The notes beneath the pieces are model-generated. The model made no database searches, was not told the origin of the DNA, and saw nothing but the letters and a program-made list of their open reading frames with translations. From NCBI GenBank assembly GCA_963700635.1, contig CAVOYH010000005.1, forward strand, positions 128,001 through 192,000: a stretch of DNA of 64,000 bases. Direction: 5' to 3'. Position numbers and translations under genes: made by a program. This DNA comes from an uncultured Bacteroidota bacterium (lineage in GTDB: Bacteria; Bacteroidota; Ignavibacteria; UBA10030; UBA6906). Positions within the stretch are counted from its first letter, which is position 1. Every line of letters begins with the position of its first letter. Shown one piece after another: positions 37,435 through 48,740 of the stretch.

Positions 37435-38711
37435 GCGGTTTCCTTCCTGCCGGGAAGAACGGAGAGCGTAACACCCGGCTGGCGATATACCCGCACGGCG
37501 CATTCCTGCACTTCGGCGGGCGTAATGCCCGCGAACCGGTCCAGATAGGATAGGAGAAGGCGTGCAGATCCGCCAAGCGTGTGGCACAGTGCCAATCCAT
37601 CAGCCCGCTGGAGCATGCTTGTAAGTCCATGAATATGATGTGATGTTTTCATGTTCAGGGATTTTTCGACCTCATGTTCCGTCGGGCCCTCGAGAAGAAG
37701 CTCTTCGATCACCGCCAGTGCCGCCGTGTGCACTTCCTCGAGGGAGTGCGCGGGGAGAGGCGTAATCTGGACAATCGTACGTCCCGTTTGCTCCAGACCG
37801 TTTTGATAGACCAGAACCGACTGGGCAATACGTTGTTCAATGACGAGCGCGCGATGCAGGCGTGAATTCTTCCCTGCATTCAGGACGTCCGTACACACGT
37901 CCAGCAGCGCATCGTCCCGGGTGTTCCATGGTGCACTGTGCCACGCGCAGTACAGGCGGGGGAGCTGAACTGTATCCCGGAGTGTCACGGTCCGCGGAGC
38001 TTCGGGCCTCACAGGCGGGAGTACGGGTTTTGGTACCGGTGCTGCTCCCGCGATCGGGCCGAAAAACCGTTCAATCGAGTCCCGTACAGCGGCGCCGTCA
38101 AAACCACCCGCGACCACCAGGCAGGCGTTGGAGGGTGTATAGTAGGTCCGGAAAAAACCCCTCACATCCTCAAGCGATGCGTTACCCAGATCGGTCATGG
38201 ACCCGATGACGGGCCAATGATAAGGGTAACGGGGAGGGTACATGGCCGCAAGAAGAGTCTCGTGCGCAAGTCCGTACGGTTGATTCTCGTAACTCTGGCG
38301 CCGTTCGTTCCGCACCACGTCCCGCTGGTTGTCCAGTTTTTCCTGCGTGAGAGCGGGCAGCAGGAACCCCATTCTGTCCGCTTCCAGAAAGAGGGCAAGA
38401 TCCAGATGTTCCGCCGGGACCAGTTGATAGTAGTTGGTGCGGTCTTCGCTGGTAGACCCGTTGACATATCCTCCCACCTCCTGCAGGCGGCGGAAGTGTT
38501 CGCCGTCAGGCACGTTCAGCGACCCCTTGAACATCATATGTTCAAAAAGATGCGCCAGTCCGGTATGCCCCGGAAGTTCATTCTTCGAACCAACGTGATA
38601 CATCACCTCAACCGCAACCACGGGGACCGATGGATCGTGGTGGAGAATGACGTGAAGGCCGTTCGGAAGGGTGTATTCGTCGAGAGACAACTCTGGAGCC
38701 TTGATACGCAT
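37431..38711 (-). CDS. M16 zinc peptidase, catalytic subunit
   Basis: TLPNGL, YHVGS.NE, GLAHLFEHMMF, NGSTSEDRTNY. Start ATG 38711 or 38756. Confidence 0.9.
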   Translation of the reverse strand: MRIKAPELSLDEYTLPNGLHVILHHDPSVPVVAVEVMYHVGSKNELPGHTGLAHLFEHMMFKGSLNVPDGEHFRRLQEVGGYVNGSTSEDRTNYYQLVPAEHLDLALFLEADRMGFLLPALTQEKLDNQRDVVRNERRQSYENQPYGLAHETLLAAMYPPRYPYHWPVIGSMTDLGNASLEDVRGFFRTYYTPSNACLVVAGGFDGAAVRDSIERFFGPIAGAAPVPKPVLPPVRPEAPRTVTLRDTVQLPRLYCAWHSAPWNTRDDALLDVCTDVLNAGKNSRLHRALVIEQRIAQSVLVYQNGLEQTGRTIVQITPLPAHSLEEVHTAALAVIEELLLEGPTEHEVEKSLNMKTSHHIHGLTSMLQRADGLALCHTLGGSARLLLSYLDRFAGITPAEVQECAVRVYRQPGVTLSVLPGRKETA

Positions 38712-38849
38712 AGAGAACAATATGGAGAATCGGGGGCCGAATAGCCAGCGTTGCATTTAATCGGTAACAAGCGTTTCTTGTAATGATATACGTTTGGAGT
38801 ATACAGACCGGCGACGTCTGCCGGAAAGAGGCCGAGAAGGAGTGGTGTT

Positions 38850-39842
38850 GTGATGAAGATCGGTACACTGACAATTGATCAGGGTATTCTGCTTGCACCG
38901 ATGGAGGATGTTACGGATCTTCCGTTCCGTATCATCTGCAAACAGATGGGTGCGGATATTGTGTATACGGAATTCGTGAACTCGGACGGACTGATCCGCG
39001 GCAACAGCAAGACCAGAAGGAAGATGGAGTTCCTGGAAGAGGAGCGTCCGGTCGGGATACAGATTTACGGCGGTGATGTGGAGGTAATGGGGGGAGCTGC
39101 CAGAGAAGCGGAGAGTTTTGGTCCGGACCTCATCGACATCAATTGCGGGTGCTGGGTGCGCGATGTCGCCATGCGTGGTGCGGGTGCCGGACTCTTGCGC
39201 GATCTCCCCCGTATGGAGCGCCTCGCAAGCGCGGTGGTGCGCGCCGTGCGCACGCCGGTGACCCTCAAGACCCGTCTGGGTTGGGATGCGAAGAATATCC
39301 GCATCGTGGACGTGGCGAAGATGTGTGAGCAGGTGGGAATTCAGGCTCTCACCGTCCACTGCCGGACCCGTGATCAGGGACACAAAGGGGAAGTGGATTT
39401 TTCCTGGATTCCGCGTATCAAGGAAGCTGTCTCCATTCCCGTGATCGTGAACGGAGACATCGTGACGCCGCAGGACGTCCAGGAGACGTTTGCGTCAACC
39501 GGTTGTGACGCGGTCATGATCGGACGGGGAGCGATTCAGAATCCGTGGATTTTCCGTCAGACAAAACACTATTTGTCCACCGGACAACTTCTCCCCGAAC
39601 CCACGCTGGAGGAACGTGTGGACCTGTTCCGGCAACACCTCCATCTGGCGATCGAGCACAAGGGCGAGCGCACGGGAGTGATTGAACTCAGAAAACACTA
39701 CTCCGGATTTCTGAGGGGGATGCCCCACGTGGCAAAAATCCGCAATGAACTGATGCAGTTCACCGAAGCAGAGCCGATCCTCCAGCACCTCACACGATTC
39801 CTGGAATTGTATTCTCCGCAGGCAGACGCTCACCGTTCTTGA
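38850..39842 (+). CDS. dusB: tRNA dihydrouridine synthase B
   Basis: LAPMEDVTD, IDINCGC, GAGLL, VHCRTR, NGDI, MIGRGA..NPWIF. Confidence 0.92.
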   Translation: MMKIGTLTIDQGILLAPMEDVTDLPFRIICKQMGADIVYTEFVNSDGLIRGNSKTRRKMEFLEEERPVGIQIYGGDVEVMGGAAREAESFGPDLIDINCGCWVRDVAMRGAGAGLLRDLPRMERLASAVVRAVRTPVTLKTRLGWDAKNIRIVDVAKMCEQVGIQALTVHCRTRDQGHKGEVDFSWIPRIKEAVSIPVIVNGDIVTPQDVQETFASTGCDAVMIGRGAIQNPWIFRQTKHYLSTGQLLPEPTLEERVDLFRQHLHLAIEHKGERTGVIELRKHYSGFLRGMPHVAKIRNELMQFTEAEPILQHLTRFLELYSPQADAHRS

Positions 39843-39929
39843 AGCCGATTCTTCATTTCGGTATATTATCCATTGTGTAGTTTTGCACCCACCACGGGTG
39901 CGCCATATTCTCTAAGCAGGGAGGTTGTT

Positions 39930-42017
39930 ATGCGAAAGCACTATGGCCGGCAGTTGTGCCAGCTGGTTGCAATGGGACTTCTGTTTACGTGGTCCGCTCC
40001 GGCGGACGAAGGGATGTGGACCTTTGACAACCCTCCACGAAAGCAACTCAATGAACTCTATAATTTCGAACCAACCCAGGAATGGCTGGATCACGTGCGG
40101 TTATCCAGTGTACGCTTTAATGATGGAGGTTCCGGCGCATTTGTGAGCGCGAACGGACTCGTCCTGACGAACCATCATGTCGCACGCGGCCAACTCCAGA
40201 AACTCTCCTCGCCGCAGAAGAATTATGTTGCTCATGGTTTCTATGCAAAAACCATGGCCGACGAGATCAAGGCTCCCGATCTGGAATTGAATGTTCTGGT
40301 GGGCATGGAGGATGTCACACCCCGGGTCCTGTCAATGGTGAAACCGGAGATGTCGGCAAAAGAGGCTCTGGATGCGCGGAAAGCCGCCACAGCCCGTATC
40401 TCAAAGGAGAGCAAAGAGAAAACCGGACTCCGCTCGGACGTGGTCAGCCTTTATCAGGGTGGTGAGTACTGGTTGTACACCTACAAAAAATACACGGATG
40501 TACGTCTTGTGATGGCACCGGAAGAGGGGATCGCCTTCTTCGGCGGTGACGCGGACAACTTCACCTTCCCCCGGCATGACCTCGACATGGCGTTTTTCCG
40601 TGTTTATGAAAACAACATGCCACTCAGGACGGAACACTATCTTCGCTGGAAGACCTCCGGTGCGGCGGACGGAGAACTCGTGTTTGTGTCGGGCCACCCG
40701 GGATCAACGAATCGTCTGCAGACATATGCGCAGACCGAATACCAGCGGGACTTTGTATACCCGTTGCGGCTGAAGGGGCTCAAGCGGCGCCTTGCCATGC
40801 TACGGGCGTACGCTGCACGCGGGCCTGAACAGGCACGGCAGGCAAGCGGTCAGTTGTTTGGAATCGAAAATTCGCTGAAGGTACTGGGCGGAGAATACCG
40901 CGGGTTACAGAGTAAGGAGTTGATGGCGAGAAAAGCAGCGGAGGAAAAAGAGTTCCGCGATCGGATTGCCGCAAGTCCTGACTGGACCCGACAGTATGCG
41001 TGGGCATGGGATTCCGTTGCCGCGGCCACCGAACGGACCGTCGCGTCACTCAAGACAAAAACGTACCGGCAGATCACCGGCCGGACATTCGGGTTTGCGG
41101 CGTCGCTTGTGCTGTATGCCGGGGAAATCAAGAAGCCGAATGGCGAACGTCTCTCGCTGTACCAGGATGCAAACCTGGAATCCACGAAGTTTCGTCTGTT
41201 CTCACCCGCCCCCGTCTATGCAGAACTTGATGAAATGCAGATGGCTGAAGCACTAACGGAGGCACTTGCAGAACTCGGGCCGCGGGATCCGTGGGTGGCG
41301 ACGGTGCTCGGAGGCAAGACACCCGCAGAAGTCGCCCGTGAGCTCGTACAGGGAACAAAACTCGCTGATCCCGCCGTACGCAAGGCGCTTTTCCAGGGGG
41401 GCGAGAAGGCCATTGCCACTTCTACCGATCCGATGATCGTGCTTGCCCGGAAACTTGAGCCGATGAACCGGGAAACCCGCTTGTGGGAAGAAAAAAACGT
41501 CACGGGTACAATCACCAGGGCAAGCGGGGCAATCGGAGAGGCCCGGTTTGCTGTCTATGGAAAGTCCGCGTACCCCGATGCGACGTTTACGCTGCGTCTT
41601 TCCTACGGCACGGTCAAGGGATACCCCATGAACGGCACCGTCGCTCCGTCAAAGACCACGCTCTACGGTCTGTACGACAGGGCCTATAGTTTCGATCGGA
41701 AAGGCGAATACGTGATCCCGGAGCGGTTCATCGATCGACTCCCATCGCTGGATCTCTCCACGCCCGTCAACTTCGTCAGCACCTGTGACATCATCGGCGG
41801 GAATTCGGGTTCACCCGTGATCAACAAAGCCGGTGAGTACGTCGGGTTGATCTTTGATGGAAATATCGAGAGTCTCCCCGGCCGATTCCTGTATTCAGAC
41901 GAAGCCAGCCGTTCGGTTTCTGTCCATTCTGCCTTTATGATTGAATCCCTGCGGAAACTGTACGATGCAGGACCGCTCGCAGATGAACTGGAAGAGAGAA
42001 CGGACGCGGGTGGGTAA
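39930..42017 (+). CDS. S46 family dipeptidyl peptidase
   Basis: ADEGMW, LTNHH, GHPGST, YPDATFTLRL, DIIGGNSGSP, FDGN. ATG 39930 after GGAGG. Confidence 0.93.
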   Translation: MRKHYGRQLCQLVAMGLLFTWSAPADEGMWTFDNPPRKQLNELYNFEPTQEWLDHVRLSSVRFNDGGSGAFVSANGLVLTNHHVARGQLQKLSSPQKNYVAHGFYAKTMADEIKAPDLELNVLVGMEDVTPRVLSMVKPEMSAKEALDARKAATARISKESKEKTGLRSDVVSLYQGGEYWLYTYKKYTDVRLVMAPEEGIAFFGGDADNFTFPRHDLDMAFFRVYENNMPLRTEHYLRWKTSGAADGELVFVSGHPGSTNRLQTYAQTEYQRDFVYPLRLKGLKRRLAMLRAYAARGPEQARQASGQLFGIENSLKVLGGEYRGLQSKELMARKAAEEKEFRDRIAASPDWTRQYAWAWDSVAAATERTVASLKTKTYRQITGRTFGFAASLVLYAGEIKKPNGERLSLYQDANLESTKFRLFSPAPVYAELDEMQMAEALTEALAELGPRDPWVATVLGGKTPAEVARELVQGTKLADPAVRKALFQGGEKAIATSTDPMIVLARKLEPMNRETRLWEEKNVTGTITRASGAIGEARFAVYGKSAYPDATFTLRLSYGTVKGYPMNGTVAPSKTTLYGLYDRAYSFDRKGEYVIPERFIDRLPSLDLSTPVNFVSTCDIIGGNSGSPVINKAGEYVGLIFDGNIESLPGRFLYSDEASRSVSVHSAFMIESLRKLYDAGPLADELEERTDAGG

Positions 42018-42048
42018 CACCCTCCGGCAGTCAGGAGTGGCCGAAAAT

Positions 42049-43446
42049 TTAGAACGGCCACTCCTTCTGCCTCCTCAGCCGTTTCTCCATTCCTGTCCCC
42101 TGAAACATGGCCTTTCTTTCCTCCACGCTCCGTACCCGGTAATCGATGGATGTGTTGTTTGCGAGGGTATAACTCAGAACAGACACTATGGCAGCGGCAT
42201 CAATGAGCGCACGGCGGTCAGCCTTGTCAAAGCTGTCACCAAAATCGTGATAGTGGAAGACAGATTCTTTTTCCAGATGTCCCACCATGGTGAATGACGG
42301 AATCCCCTGCAGCAGGAACGGCTGATGGTCGCTGTTCGTCCACGGGACACTCACAATCCCTCCGGACCAATCAAATCCCTTCAAAGAGTCCAGGAGATTC
42401 TGAACGAGCGGAATCAGTTCATCAAATCCCATGACGTTCACGCCGGTCGGTTTCCCGGGCATGTCCAGATTGATCATCGCCGCAATACTATCCCGGGCGT
42501 GACTGGCAAGATATGCTTTGGCCCCCCATATCCCGAGTTCTTCACCGTTGAACCATACACATTCGATGGTATAGAGATTGAACGGTGCATGCAGGGCGAG
42601 CAGCCGGGCAACTTCAAAAAGAACCGCCGAACCAACCCCGTTATCCACCGCTCCCTGACTTATGTCCCATGAATCGATATGGGCCCCGACCACGATCCTG
42701 GCTTTTCGTTTGCCCGGGAATGTCGCCACGAGATTTGCCGATTGTACCGGAAAACACCGTGATTGCGTGTTCAACCGGACGCGGATTTCCCGACCGGCAG
42801 AGAGCGACCGCCGTAGCCACGATCCCTCTTCCATGGTGATACTGTATGCGGGGACGGAACTGGGCGTCCCCTGGAAATTACTAACCCCCGCGAGCACAAG
42901 TCCTCCGGGCTTATCATTGATAAACAGAACTCCCTTCGCCCCGGCCCGCGCCGCATTGTCAATGACTTCGAGGCGCAGAGGAGATTCTCCATTACGTGGT
43001 GGCTCAGAGGTCACAAGGGCAATGGCGCCCGCAGCGCCTGCCATTTCCCTGTCAAGACCGTATCCTGCCCAGACCAGGCGGGACTCAAACGGTGCGTGTT
43101 GATTCACATAACCAAGGGCGGCGGCCCTGAGCTTCCGGGGTACGGGTGGCAGGACTTCCACACCATCGTCGCCTCTGACCCACCCGGGCATGTCAAACGG
43201 TTCCAGCCTGGAGGTGATTCCGGAGTGACGGAGTTCCTGTTCCAGGATCTGAAGCGCAAGGATGTTAGTCGCGGATCCAGCCAGACGACCCCCCGCCTCA
43301 TCACAGATTCTCTGCAGAACGCGGTACCCTTCATGAGAAGCATAGGCGGAGCCCAGAAGGGCTTCCTTCGTAGAAGGCTCACCTGCGACCGATGGTTGGA
43401 AAGAGACAGTAACAAATGCCAGGAGAAGAATTACATAACGGTTCAT
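42049..43446 (-). CDS. M28 family metallopeptidase with PA domain (carboxypeptidase Q-like)
   Basis: Signal peptide, GAHIDSWD, GAVDNGVG, GEELG, NLDM, SDH.PF, YH...D. Confidence 0.88.
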   Translation of the reverse strand: MNRYVILLLAFVTVSFQPSVAGEPSTKEALLGSAYASHEGYRVLQRICDEAGGRLAGSATNILALQILEQELRHSGITSRLEPFDMPGWVRGDDGVEVLPPVPRKLRAAALGYVNQHAPFESRLVWAGYGLDREMAGAAGAIALVTSEPPRNGESPLRLEVIDNAARAGAKGVLFINDKPGGLVLAGVSNFQGTPSSVPAYSITMEEGSWLRRSLSAGREIRVRLNTQSRCFPVQSANLVATFPGKRKARIVVGAHIDSWDISQGAVDNGVGSAVLFEVARLLALHAPFNLYTIECVWFNGEELGIWGAKAYLASHARDSIAAMINLDMPGKPTGVNVMGFDELIPLVQNLLDSLKGFDWSGGIVSVPWTNSDHQPFLLQGIPSFTMVGHLEKESVFHYHDFGDSFDKADRRALIDAAAIVSVLSYTLANNTSIDYRVRSVEERKAMFQGTGMEKRLRRQKEWPF

Positions 43447-43610
43447 GCGAGTATCTCACTTTTGGATAGATCGTCTGGTTCTCTGTATATCCAGTGTAGG
43501 GAAGTCCCCTCAGAGAATCAACGACGTATACACCATCCGAATCCCTGCTCCCTCCCTTCACTCTCTCATTGCTTGTCCATGCGGATTATTGTACATTTCC
43601 TATCAATACC

Positions 43611-45050
43611 ATGCGAAATTCAGCACAATTTCTGCTTGATGGCCGGACCGTCAGTCTCGATTTCAGCGCCGGGTCAGGCTGGCGTCCCACGACAACCGTT
43701 CTGCAATATCTTCGCAGCCTTCCGGAACACCGGGGCGTGAAGGAAGGGTGTGCAGAGGGGGATTGCGGGGCCTGCACAGTTGTCCTGGCCGAGGAGCGGC
43801 CTGACGGCAGTCTCTCGTACAACGCGGTGGATTCCTGCCTGGTCTTTCTCCCTTCGCTTGACCGCAAGCAGCTTATCACCATTGAGAATCTAAAAGGCGC
43901 GGACGGCGCCCTCCATCCGGTGCAGTCTGCCATGATCGAGCAGTACGGCAGCCAGTGTGGATTCTGCACCCCGGGGATCGTCATGTCCCTGTTCGCCCTT
44001 TTTAAAAGTGGCGTCACGGCCACGCGTCCGCATGTACTTGACGCGCTTTCCGGGAATCTCTGCCGCTGCACGGGGTACAGGCCTATTGTTGATGCCGCCA
44101 TGGCAGCATGCGCACATCCGCGGAGTGACAAATTCTCCGAAGAGGAACAGCACACTCTGGCCCGGATCCGGGCTATTCCGCGTGAGGATGTCCTGATCGA
44201 AACAGGGACACAACGGTACTTCCGCCCGGTTTCGCTGTCGTCCGCGCTGACCTACCAGAACACCCATCCTGAAGCGCTCGTCATCAACGGGGCAACGGAC
44301 GTTGCTCTCCGGGTCACCAAACGCCACGAACTCCTGCCGTCAATTCTGGATCTTTCGGGGGTTACCGAGTTACGCTCTTGCAACCGCACACCCGGTGGAT
44401 TGGAAATAGGCGCGGGCACAACCATCCAGGAACTTCTGGCCGAATCATCGCACCAATTGTCTGCCCTGGAACAGATGCTCCGGGTTTTTGGATCGAGGCA
44501 GATCCGCAACGTTGCCACCATCGGTGGGAATCTCGGGACCGCGTCGCCCATCGGCGATGCACTTCCGGTCTTCATCGCCCTTGGTGCGGAGGTTCAGCTC
44601 CGGGATATCCGCGCCGCCAGGTCCGTCCAGATCGAAAAGTTTATTACAGGATACCGTTCGATTGATCGCCACCCCGGGGAACTCATCACAGGCGTGAGGA
44701 TTCCGACCATTCCCTCCGGTACGCTGGTACGTTCATACAAAGCCTCACGCCGTCACGATATGGATATTTCTTCAGTGTGCGCAGGGTTCCGGCTGCGTGT
44801 GGGCGGTGAGGGGAGAGTTGAGGAACTCGTCCTTGCCTACGGGGGGATGGCTGCGACGCCGGCACGGGCAAGACAAACCGAAGCCTGGCTTCTTAAAAAA
44901 CCCTGGACGAGAGAATCGGTGGAAGGAGGGATGAAGCTGATCGGGAAAGACTTCACCCCTCTGACCGATGTACGGGGGAGCGCGGAGTATCGCCTGACGG
45001 TAGCACGTAATCTCCTCCTGAAATTCTGGGACGAAACTGCCCGCGTATGA
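43611..45050 (+). CDS. xdhA: xanthine dehydrogenase small subunit (2x[2Fe-2S] + FAD)
   Basis: KEGCAEGDCGAC, SQCGFCTPG, GNLCRCTGY, GATD, QIRNVATIGGN, SPIGD, YKASRR..DIS. Confidence 0.92.
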   Translation: MRNSAQFLLDGRTVSLDFSAGSGWRPTTTVLQYLRSLPEHRGVKEGCAEGDCGACTVVLAEERPDGSLSYNAVDSCLVFLPSLDRKQLITIENLKGADGALHPVQSAMIEQYGSQCGFCTPGIVMSLFALFKSGVTATRPHVLDALSGNLCRCTGYRPIVDAAMAACAHPRSDKFSEEEQHTLARIRAIPREDVLIETGTQRYFRPVSLSSALTYQNTHPEALVINGATDVALRVTKRHELLPSILDLSGVTELRSCNRTPGGLEIGAGTTIQELLAESSHQLSALEQMLRVFGSRQIRNVATIGGNLGTASPIGDALPVFIALGAEVQLRDIRAARSVQIEKFITGYRSIDRHPGELITGVRIPTIPSGTLVRSYKASRRHDMDISSVCAGFRLRVGGEGRVEELVLAYGGMAATPARARQTEAWLLKKPWTRESVEGGMKLIGKDFTPLTDVRGSAEYRLTVARNLLLKFWDETARV

Positions 45051-47381
45051 ACCCTCTCCTCCCACATGAAAGCGCACGGGGACACGTTACGGGGGAAGCC
45101 CTGTTTGTGGATGATCTTCCGGAACCGGAAAGGCTGCTTACCGGGCGTGTCGTGTACAGCCCCCATGCCCGCGCACGCGTCCGGTCGTTTGATCTGAAAG
45201 CGGCCAGATCCGTTCCGGGCATCCATGCCGTCCTTTCGGCTTCCGATATTCCCGGCCAGAATCAGATGGGCCCGGTAATCAAAGATGAGCCCGTCCTTGC
45301 TGCCGATGAAGTGTTCTGTATCGGGCAGGCTGTATTTCTTATCGCCGGAGAGACGGAGGAGCAATGCCGCGAAGCCGAACGGCAGATCAAGGTTGAGTAT
45401 GAACCCCTTGAGTCCGTTCTCACGCTCACCGAGGCAATGGCAAAGGGATCGGTGCTCGGACCGCCCCGGAAGATCGAGCGTGGTGATGCACCGGGCGTGA
45501 TCCGGGATGCACCGCTGACGAATCTCGGGAGAGCTGGAGACGGGGGCGCAGGAGCACTGGTATCTTGAGACGCAGGTTTGTCTCTGCGTGCCTCTTGAAT
45601 CAGACCAGATGCAGGTGTTCAGCTCGACCCAGCACCCATCCGAAACGCATGCCCTTGTGGCTCAGGTCCTGGGATGGCCCCGCAACGCGGTGACGGTTGA
45701 GGTGAGGCGGGTCGGCGGCGGATTTGGCGGAAAGGAAACGCAGGCAAACCATGTGGCGTGCTGGGCGGCCCTGCTTGCGTTTGCCACCGGGCGTCCGGTG
45801 AAAATCCGGCTCTTCCGGGATGATGATATGATTATGACCGGCAAACGCCACCGGTTTCTGATCCGGTACGAGGCCGGCTTTGATCGTGAAGGTATGCTGC
45901 TGGGTGTGGTGCTGGAATTGAACAGTGACGGTGGGGCGGCGACGGATCTTTCTTTTGCCATCCTTGAGCGTGCGATGTTGCACGTCGATAACAGTTATTT
46001 CCTTCCCGCGTGCTCCGTGACCGGCTGCGTATGGAAGACAAACCTCCCGTCCAACACGGCCTTCCGCGGATTCGGGGGTCCACAGGGGATGGCGGCGATT
46101 GAAACGATCATGGACCGGATCGCACGGACAGTACAGCAGGATCCGGCAGAGATCCGGCGGAAGAATTTTTACCGTGCTTCCCCCACGGATACCACGCACT
46201 ACGGACAGGTGGTGGAGAACAACCGGCTGGACTTCATCTATGACCGGCTCCTCGGCTCGTCGGACTACGTCCGGCGGCGTCTCGACATCGAGGCGTTTAA
46301 CGCCGGACATGAATTTCAGAAGCGCGGCATCGCGCTGACGCCCGTAAAATTTGGGATCTCGTTCACCACCACGTTCCTGAATCAGGCGGGGGCACTCGTC
46401 AGTATCTATACCGACGGAACGGTGCTGGTGAACCACGGCGGGGTGGAAATGGGGCAGGGGCTCCACACCAAAATCCAGGGTGTGGCTGCCGCCGAATTCG
46501 GCATCAATCCTTCGTTTGTGCGGGTGAACGCGACAAACACCGGTACCATTCCAAACACGTCGGCAACGGCCGCATCCTCGGGCGCTGACATGAATGGCAT
46601 GGCGGTCAAGAATGCGGTGGACATTCTCAAGGGGCGTATGGTCGAGGGACTCGCCCGGCATTTCTCGGTGTTACATCTGGGTGATCCCACGATGCCCGGG
46701 GATCTCCGGTTTTCGGATGACCGCATCGTCGATTCAAAACATCCGGACCGGATGGTGACGTTCAGAGAAGGTGTTCAACTTCTCTACCTCCAGCGGGTCA
46801 GCTTGAGCGCTGCCGGGTTCTACACCACGCCGGAGATCGGCTGGGACCGGCAGAAAGGCCGGGGACGTCCGTTTCTTTATTATGCGTTCGGCATGGCCGT
46901 CAGCGAGGTGCTGGTTGACGTGCTTACCGGTGACCATACGGTCGTGCGCACGGATATTGCTCATGATGTCGGGGATTCGCTGAATCCCGGCATCGATATC
47001 GGACAGGTGGAAGGGGGATTTCTTCAGGGGGTGGGGTGGTGTACGACGGAGGAGGTTCTCTGGGACCAGCACGGCCGGCTTCTCACCCATTCACCCGATA
47101 CGTACAAGATCCCCACGGCGGGTGATATGCCTCCGGATTTCCGTGTTGAGTTGCTCACCGGTGTCCCTCAACCGGGCACCATCCGCAGGAGTAAGGCCGT
47201 GGGTGAACCGCCGTTTATGCTGGCACTCTCTGTCTGGCTCGCCATCAAGGACGCACTCTCAGCGATCACGGACCATACGGTTGAACCGGAATTCTCTCTT
47301 CCCGCAACACGGGAACGGATTGTCCGTACTGCTGAAATGCTCAGGTCCACAAAAACTCAACCGGTTTCATATTCATCGTAA
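45047..47381 (+). CDS. xdhB: xanthine dehydrogenase molybdopterin subunit (apparent +1 frameshift at about 45521)
   Basis: HESARGHVTGEA.FVDD, QEHWYLETQ, STQHP, GGGFGGKE, AFRGFGGPQG, EMGQG, SKAVGEPP. Deleting one A at 45521-22 joins the two ORFs. Confidence 0.88.
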
Positions 47382-47411
47382 TCGTATTTTGCGCAAAGAA
47401 CACAGGAGTCT

Positions 47412-48737
47412 ATGAAGACAACATCAAACGCTCAGGAATCCATCCGGCAGGCCGGTGTGGTAGGTGCCGGTGGGGCTGGATTCCCCACGCATGTGAAGGC
47501 CGCTGCGAAGGTCGATACCATCATCGCGAACGGTGCAGAGTGTGAACCTCTTATCCACAAGGACTACGAAGTGATGGTCCACCAAGCGCCGGAGATCGTC
47601 AGAGGGGTGCGCGCGCTCATGCATGCCACCGGTGCACCCAGAGGGATCATCGGGATGAAGGAAAAAAATGCGGCTGCGGTGGAGGCGATCTCAAAAGCCA
47701 TCGATGGAAAAGACGTGTCGATCCATCTCCTCGGAGATTTTTATCCGTCCGGTGATGAGTACATCCTCGTCTACGAAGCCACCGGGCGCCTGATTCCGCC
47801 GCAGGGAATACCCCTGGATGTCGGGGTGGTTGTGAACAACGTTGAAACACTTTACAATATCGCGCGCGCTGCCGATGGAATGCCGGTCACGCAGAAGTGG
47901 ATTACCGTGGCAGGTGCGGTGCGCAAACCGGTAACATTCCGCGCTCCCATCGGCATGTCATTTCAGGAGGCGCTGGCGGCAGCCGGAGGCGCCACGACAT
48001 CGGAATTCGGGGTGTTCGTGGGTGGGATCATGATGGGAGCTCTCGAATTTGATATGAGTCGTGTCATCACAAAAACCACCGCCGGCCTGGTGGTCCTGCC
48101 CGTGGATCATCAATTGATCGTGCGGAAACGACAGCCTGAGAAGGTGATGCACAAAATCGGGAAATCGGCGTGCGATCAGTGCACGTTCTGCACGGAGCTC
48201 TGCCCGCGTTATCTCCTGGGATATGACGTCCAGCCGCACAAAGTCATGCGCAGTCTTGGCTTCACCAAGACGGGTGAGGCGTTCTGGAATCAATATGCTT
48301 CACTCTGTTGCGCCTGCGGCCTGTGCACCCTCTATGCCTGCCCTGAAAACCTGTTCCCGAAGGAGGCGTGTGACAAGGGGAAAGCGGATATGAAAGAACA
48401 CGGGGAGAAGTGGGAAGGGAACCGGGAGGTCAAACCCCATGCGATGTATGAGGGGCGCCGCACACCACTCAAGGGGTTGATGAAGAAGCTGGGCGTCACC
48501 GCGTATGACCATCCGTCGATATTCCAGAATGCCACCCCGGCCCCGCGGCGGGTGTCCATCCCGCTCGCGCAGCATATCGGTACGCCCGCTTCAGCCATCG
48601 TGAAACCCGGCGAGCGCGTGGAAGAGGGAGCATGTATTGCCGACATTCCCGGCGAAAAACTCGGCGCCCGGATTCACGCCAGCATTGGCGGCATCGTCCG
48701 CAGCGTTGATACAGCCATTGTCATTGAACAAGGATAA
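47412..48737 (+). CDS. pduS: PduS-like FMN/[4Fe-4S] oxidoreductase (microcompartment-associated)
   Basis: AGVVGAGGAGFPTHVK, NGAECEP, CDQCTFCTELCP, CCACGLCTLYACP. The barrel-sandwich domain (IPLAQHIG..IHASIGG) is C-terminal as in PduS, not N-terminal as in RnfC. Confidence 0.82.
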   Translation: MKTTSNAQESIRQAGVVGAGGAGFPTHVKAAAKVDTIIANGAECEPLIHKDYEVMVHQAPEIVRGVRALMHATGAPRGIIGMKEKNAAAVEAISKAIDGKDVSIHLLGDFYPSGDEYILVYEATGRLIPPQGIPLDVGVVVNNVETLYNIARAADGMPVTQKWITVAGAVRKPVTFRAPIGMSFQEALAAAGGATTSEFGVFVGGIMMGALEFDMSRVITKTTAGLVVLPVDHQLIVRKRQPEKVMHKIGKSACDQCTFCTELCPRYLLGYDVQPHKVMRSLGFTKTGEAFWNQYASLCCACGLCTLYACPENLFPKEACDKGKADMKEHGEKWEGNREVKPHAMYEGRRTPLKGLMKKLGVTAYDHPSIFQNATPAPRRVSIPLAQHIGTPASAIVKPGERVEEGACIADIPGEKLGARIHASIGGIVRSVDTAIVIEQG

Positions 48738-48740
48738 CAT

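Noticed and set aside
47412-48737. RnfC of an Rnf complex
   Set aside because: The domain order is PduS-like, there are no rnfABDEG genes, and pduT follows.
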